Shown: positions 61,420 through 64,000 of the stretch, one piece after another
How the letters are laid out: the number at the start of each line of letters is the position of its first letter
How positions within the stretch are numbered: position 1 is the first letter of the stretch
From: Bilabrum cf. latius
Lineage: Eukaryota
Direction of reading: 5' to 3'
NCBI GenBank assembly: GCA_965178125.1
Contig: OZ237750.1
Span: 1-64,000 of the forward strand
Length of the DNA stretch: 64,000 nt
Program-made: the position numbers and the translations under genes
The notes under the pieces: generated by a model
Told to the model about the DNA's origin: nothing
The model's database searches: none
Seen by the model: the letters and a program-made list of their open reading frames with translations, nothing else

Positions 61420-64000
61420 TTATCTTCCAGTCCCCTCCTCCACCCCATCGAGCTCTGCCAGCACGTGGGCCCGCCCCGAGCTTGATCCACCCCGCGATCG
61501 CATCTCCCCTTTCCTTCGGTCGTGCCACTCCAGCAACCGCTCGTCCTGCTATGACAGCTCTCCAGGTGCTACTGCACCCGCGTGGCTACCACTGACAGTC
61601 ATTGCCACGTGCATGGAAGCGACTGCTCCTAGCCTGTCCCGAAGAGTAACATACGCGGGGCTCTACGGAAGTAGCATCAGGAGACCGTAGAGAGCGCCAA
61701 CCAGCTGCTGGTGGTCCGGCCTCCACGGCTGCAGCAACTGCATGCGGAGAGCAACAAACACTGGTGACTCGATCAGCTGCACTGCCTGATCACAGTGCAT
61801 CAGCGTGCCCACCGTGACCTCTCTCTCGCCCACGCGCTGGATTACGGCCCTAGCAAGCTCGTACCTCCCTGCCAGCAGGCACAGCATGAAAGTCGCCACC
61901 GGGCTTGCGCTCCACGACAAAAACAACTCCTGGAACAGGTCGGTACCGTCTGTGCCACCAGTGGCCGTGCCTGACGATGCTCGTCCGCCACTTTCCCTGT
62001 CATCTCCTGATTCTGCGCCACCCCTGAGCTCATCTCGCAGCCCGACCAGCTCCGGCGCCGTCAGCAGCAGCAGGGAGAGCATGTCCACCATGAGGTTTAC
62101 GAACCTTCGCTCAAACTTCGACGGAGAAGAACTTCGGCGCCCGTCTCTGGTCGTTGCATCGGTAACATCAGTTGACGTAGCCTAGGCGCTGGCTGTGACG
62201 AGCGTTGCACCCGGGCTATCCTCGCTTGCACCCGCGTCGCGACCGTCTGCGCCGCGTAGTAGCCTGGCTAGCGTGACATACGTGGCTCTCGAATCGAGCA
62301 AGTCGCACAGGTGCCTCAAAATCTTGGCTCCTCGCGTCTCTCGCAGCCTTTCCCTGGTCCTTAACTGCTCGAGCACGCTGCGAAGAAGCCTGCCACGGAA
62401 GGCGGCCGGGTCCACCTGGCACATGGCCCCGAGCACTTCGAGGTGCGAGCCCAGCTCCCCCTCAGAAATGCTCTCGTTGGACACATTGGTCAGCAGAGGC
62501 AAAGAAACGGAGTCAACCGCAGACATGACGTGCCCTGGGTACAGCTCCAGCAGCAGCAGCAACCAGGCCAGCGACCACGCCCGGCAAAGCTTGCTGTCCG
62601 AAGACACGTACTTGGTGACCATCTCAACCAGCATGCGGATATCGGTGGACTGAAGACGGCCCCCACCTGAAGGATCCGCGTCTTCGTTCTCGTCGCTATC
62701 CGCTGCTTGGTCTACGTTCCCGGCAGATGCAGCTGCCGTGGCAGCACCTGCGGACGCAGCGGCCGCACCGCTTGCAGCCGCCCCTTTCGCGGTACCTTTG
62801 CCCGAGCTACTCCCGCCTTCTATACCACCCGGCTGACCGGCACTACTCTCGCCCAAGGCACCGCCGGTACTCACCGTCATGCTAGCCCCACTAGCTCCAG
62901 CAGCAACCCCGCCGGTGGGCCGGCCGTCGCCTTCAGACATGAGTCGTGCGAGCCCCATGAGCACCCTGTTCACCCCCTGGGCCTCCTCCTGCACAGCTGC
63001 GTCCTCATCCGAGGCAGCCAGCAGCACGGCCTTCACAGTGGAGGGAAGCATGCGAGCCGCGCCCCTGCCGCACCTCTCTGTCACCAGCCTGGTCCACCGC
63101 AGTGCAACCCTCCGCGGATATGTCGGTCCGGACTCTACCTGCTGCACCAGCTTGGCCACCACTGCAGGGGCGTTGATGCCTCGGAGCAGCTCGTCGGGTG
63201 CGAGTGTCTCCACGATCGCGTAGAACCGCTCAAGCGCCTGCGCAGCAGCATCGCTGACCTCTGGCGCGCGGGTGCTTGTTGCGAGCAGTTCCAGGAGCCG
63301 ATCCACAAATTCAGATAAGAAAACCACCATGTCGATCCCGGGCACGTTATCCAGTGCCTGCAGCCACCACACCATGAGCAGGGACAGGTCCTTGGACGTG
63401 CTCTGGCACACCTACAGCAGCACGGGGAGAAACCCAGCCACGTCGAAATCCTCCCCGGCCTGGTACACCACCTCCCGCAGCAGCTCGTTCAGTCGCTGGG
63501 CCGCCCCCACGACGCGCAAGTCATCGTCCTGGTGCAATCTAGCCACCGCTACGAAGAGGATCCGTACGAGGACTGGGTCCGTGGCCATGGCGCTCCTCGA
63601 GGTCTTGCACAGCTCGAATAGAGCCTCCACCCCCTACAGCCTGAGCTCGGGCTCCCGCGCGCCTACCACCTCCATGGTCGCCCGGAGCATCTCTGCCACA
63701 TGCGGCTCCAGCTATGCCTGGGTGAGGACCCTGGCGAGCTCCTTGATGACTGCCATGGCTCCCTGCAATGAGGTGAGCAGCACGGGATAGACTCACGCTT
63801 TGTGGACCAGCAGATAGTGCAGTTAATACGATTTTGACGCAGTACAAGCTCACCATTATTGCTAGTAGGTCCTATTGTCCCATCTATAGATCCGTAAATA
63901 CTCGAATGACATCTGCAGCGCCTTGCTTGTTCTCGATAAGCAAGCCTCTAACGATGTGTCCGATTGCCGTTGCGCCTCTTGATCGCTCCGTGGCATCTCT
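61420..64000 (-). CDS. VAC14: VAC14 (PIKfyve/Fab1 complex scaffold), 5'-partial
   Basis: SWSASPVATFMLCLLAGRYELA, DQAVQLIESPVFVALRMQLLQP, LYGLLMLLP(TAG)SPAY.TL..RL. Intron 63763-63853; ends TAA 61420-61422. Confidence 0.92.

Noticed and set aside
8507-64000. Genes as pseudogenes or sequencing-error fragments
   Set aside because: Interruptions are exclusively TAG with no frameshifts, catalytic motifs are intact, and essential genes are affected at conserved Gln sites.
8507-64000. Ciliate-type code (TAA and TAG both Gln), or TAG = Leu/Pyl
   Set aside because: No in-frame TAA was seen in exons and TAA terminates four genes; conserved TAG columns are Gln.

Overview
This is the left end of a gene-dense eukaryotic chromosome from a flagellated protist; SAR-like affinity is inferred from a P4-ATPase/guanylyl cyclase fusion. 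Bases 1-8125 are a composite telomere: (CCCTAA)n tracts of about 0.7 kb alternate with a near-identical cassette of 4 x 155-bp satellite plus a 60-bp AT-rich spacer. About 16 compact genes with short GT-AG introns (mostly 83-108 nt) follow. Main result: the nuclear genetic code is non-standard. TAG is a sense codon for Gln, while TAA and TGA remain stops. Most ORFs in the supplied track are same-frame fragments broken only at TAG. TAG falls on conserved Gln positions in MAD2, RRS1, the P4-ATPase, a TOM1-like protein and VAC14. Family assignments are from recalled motifs; no database search was run.
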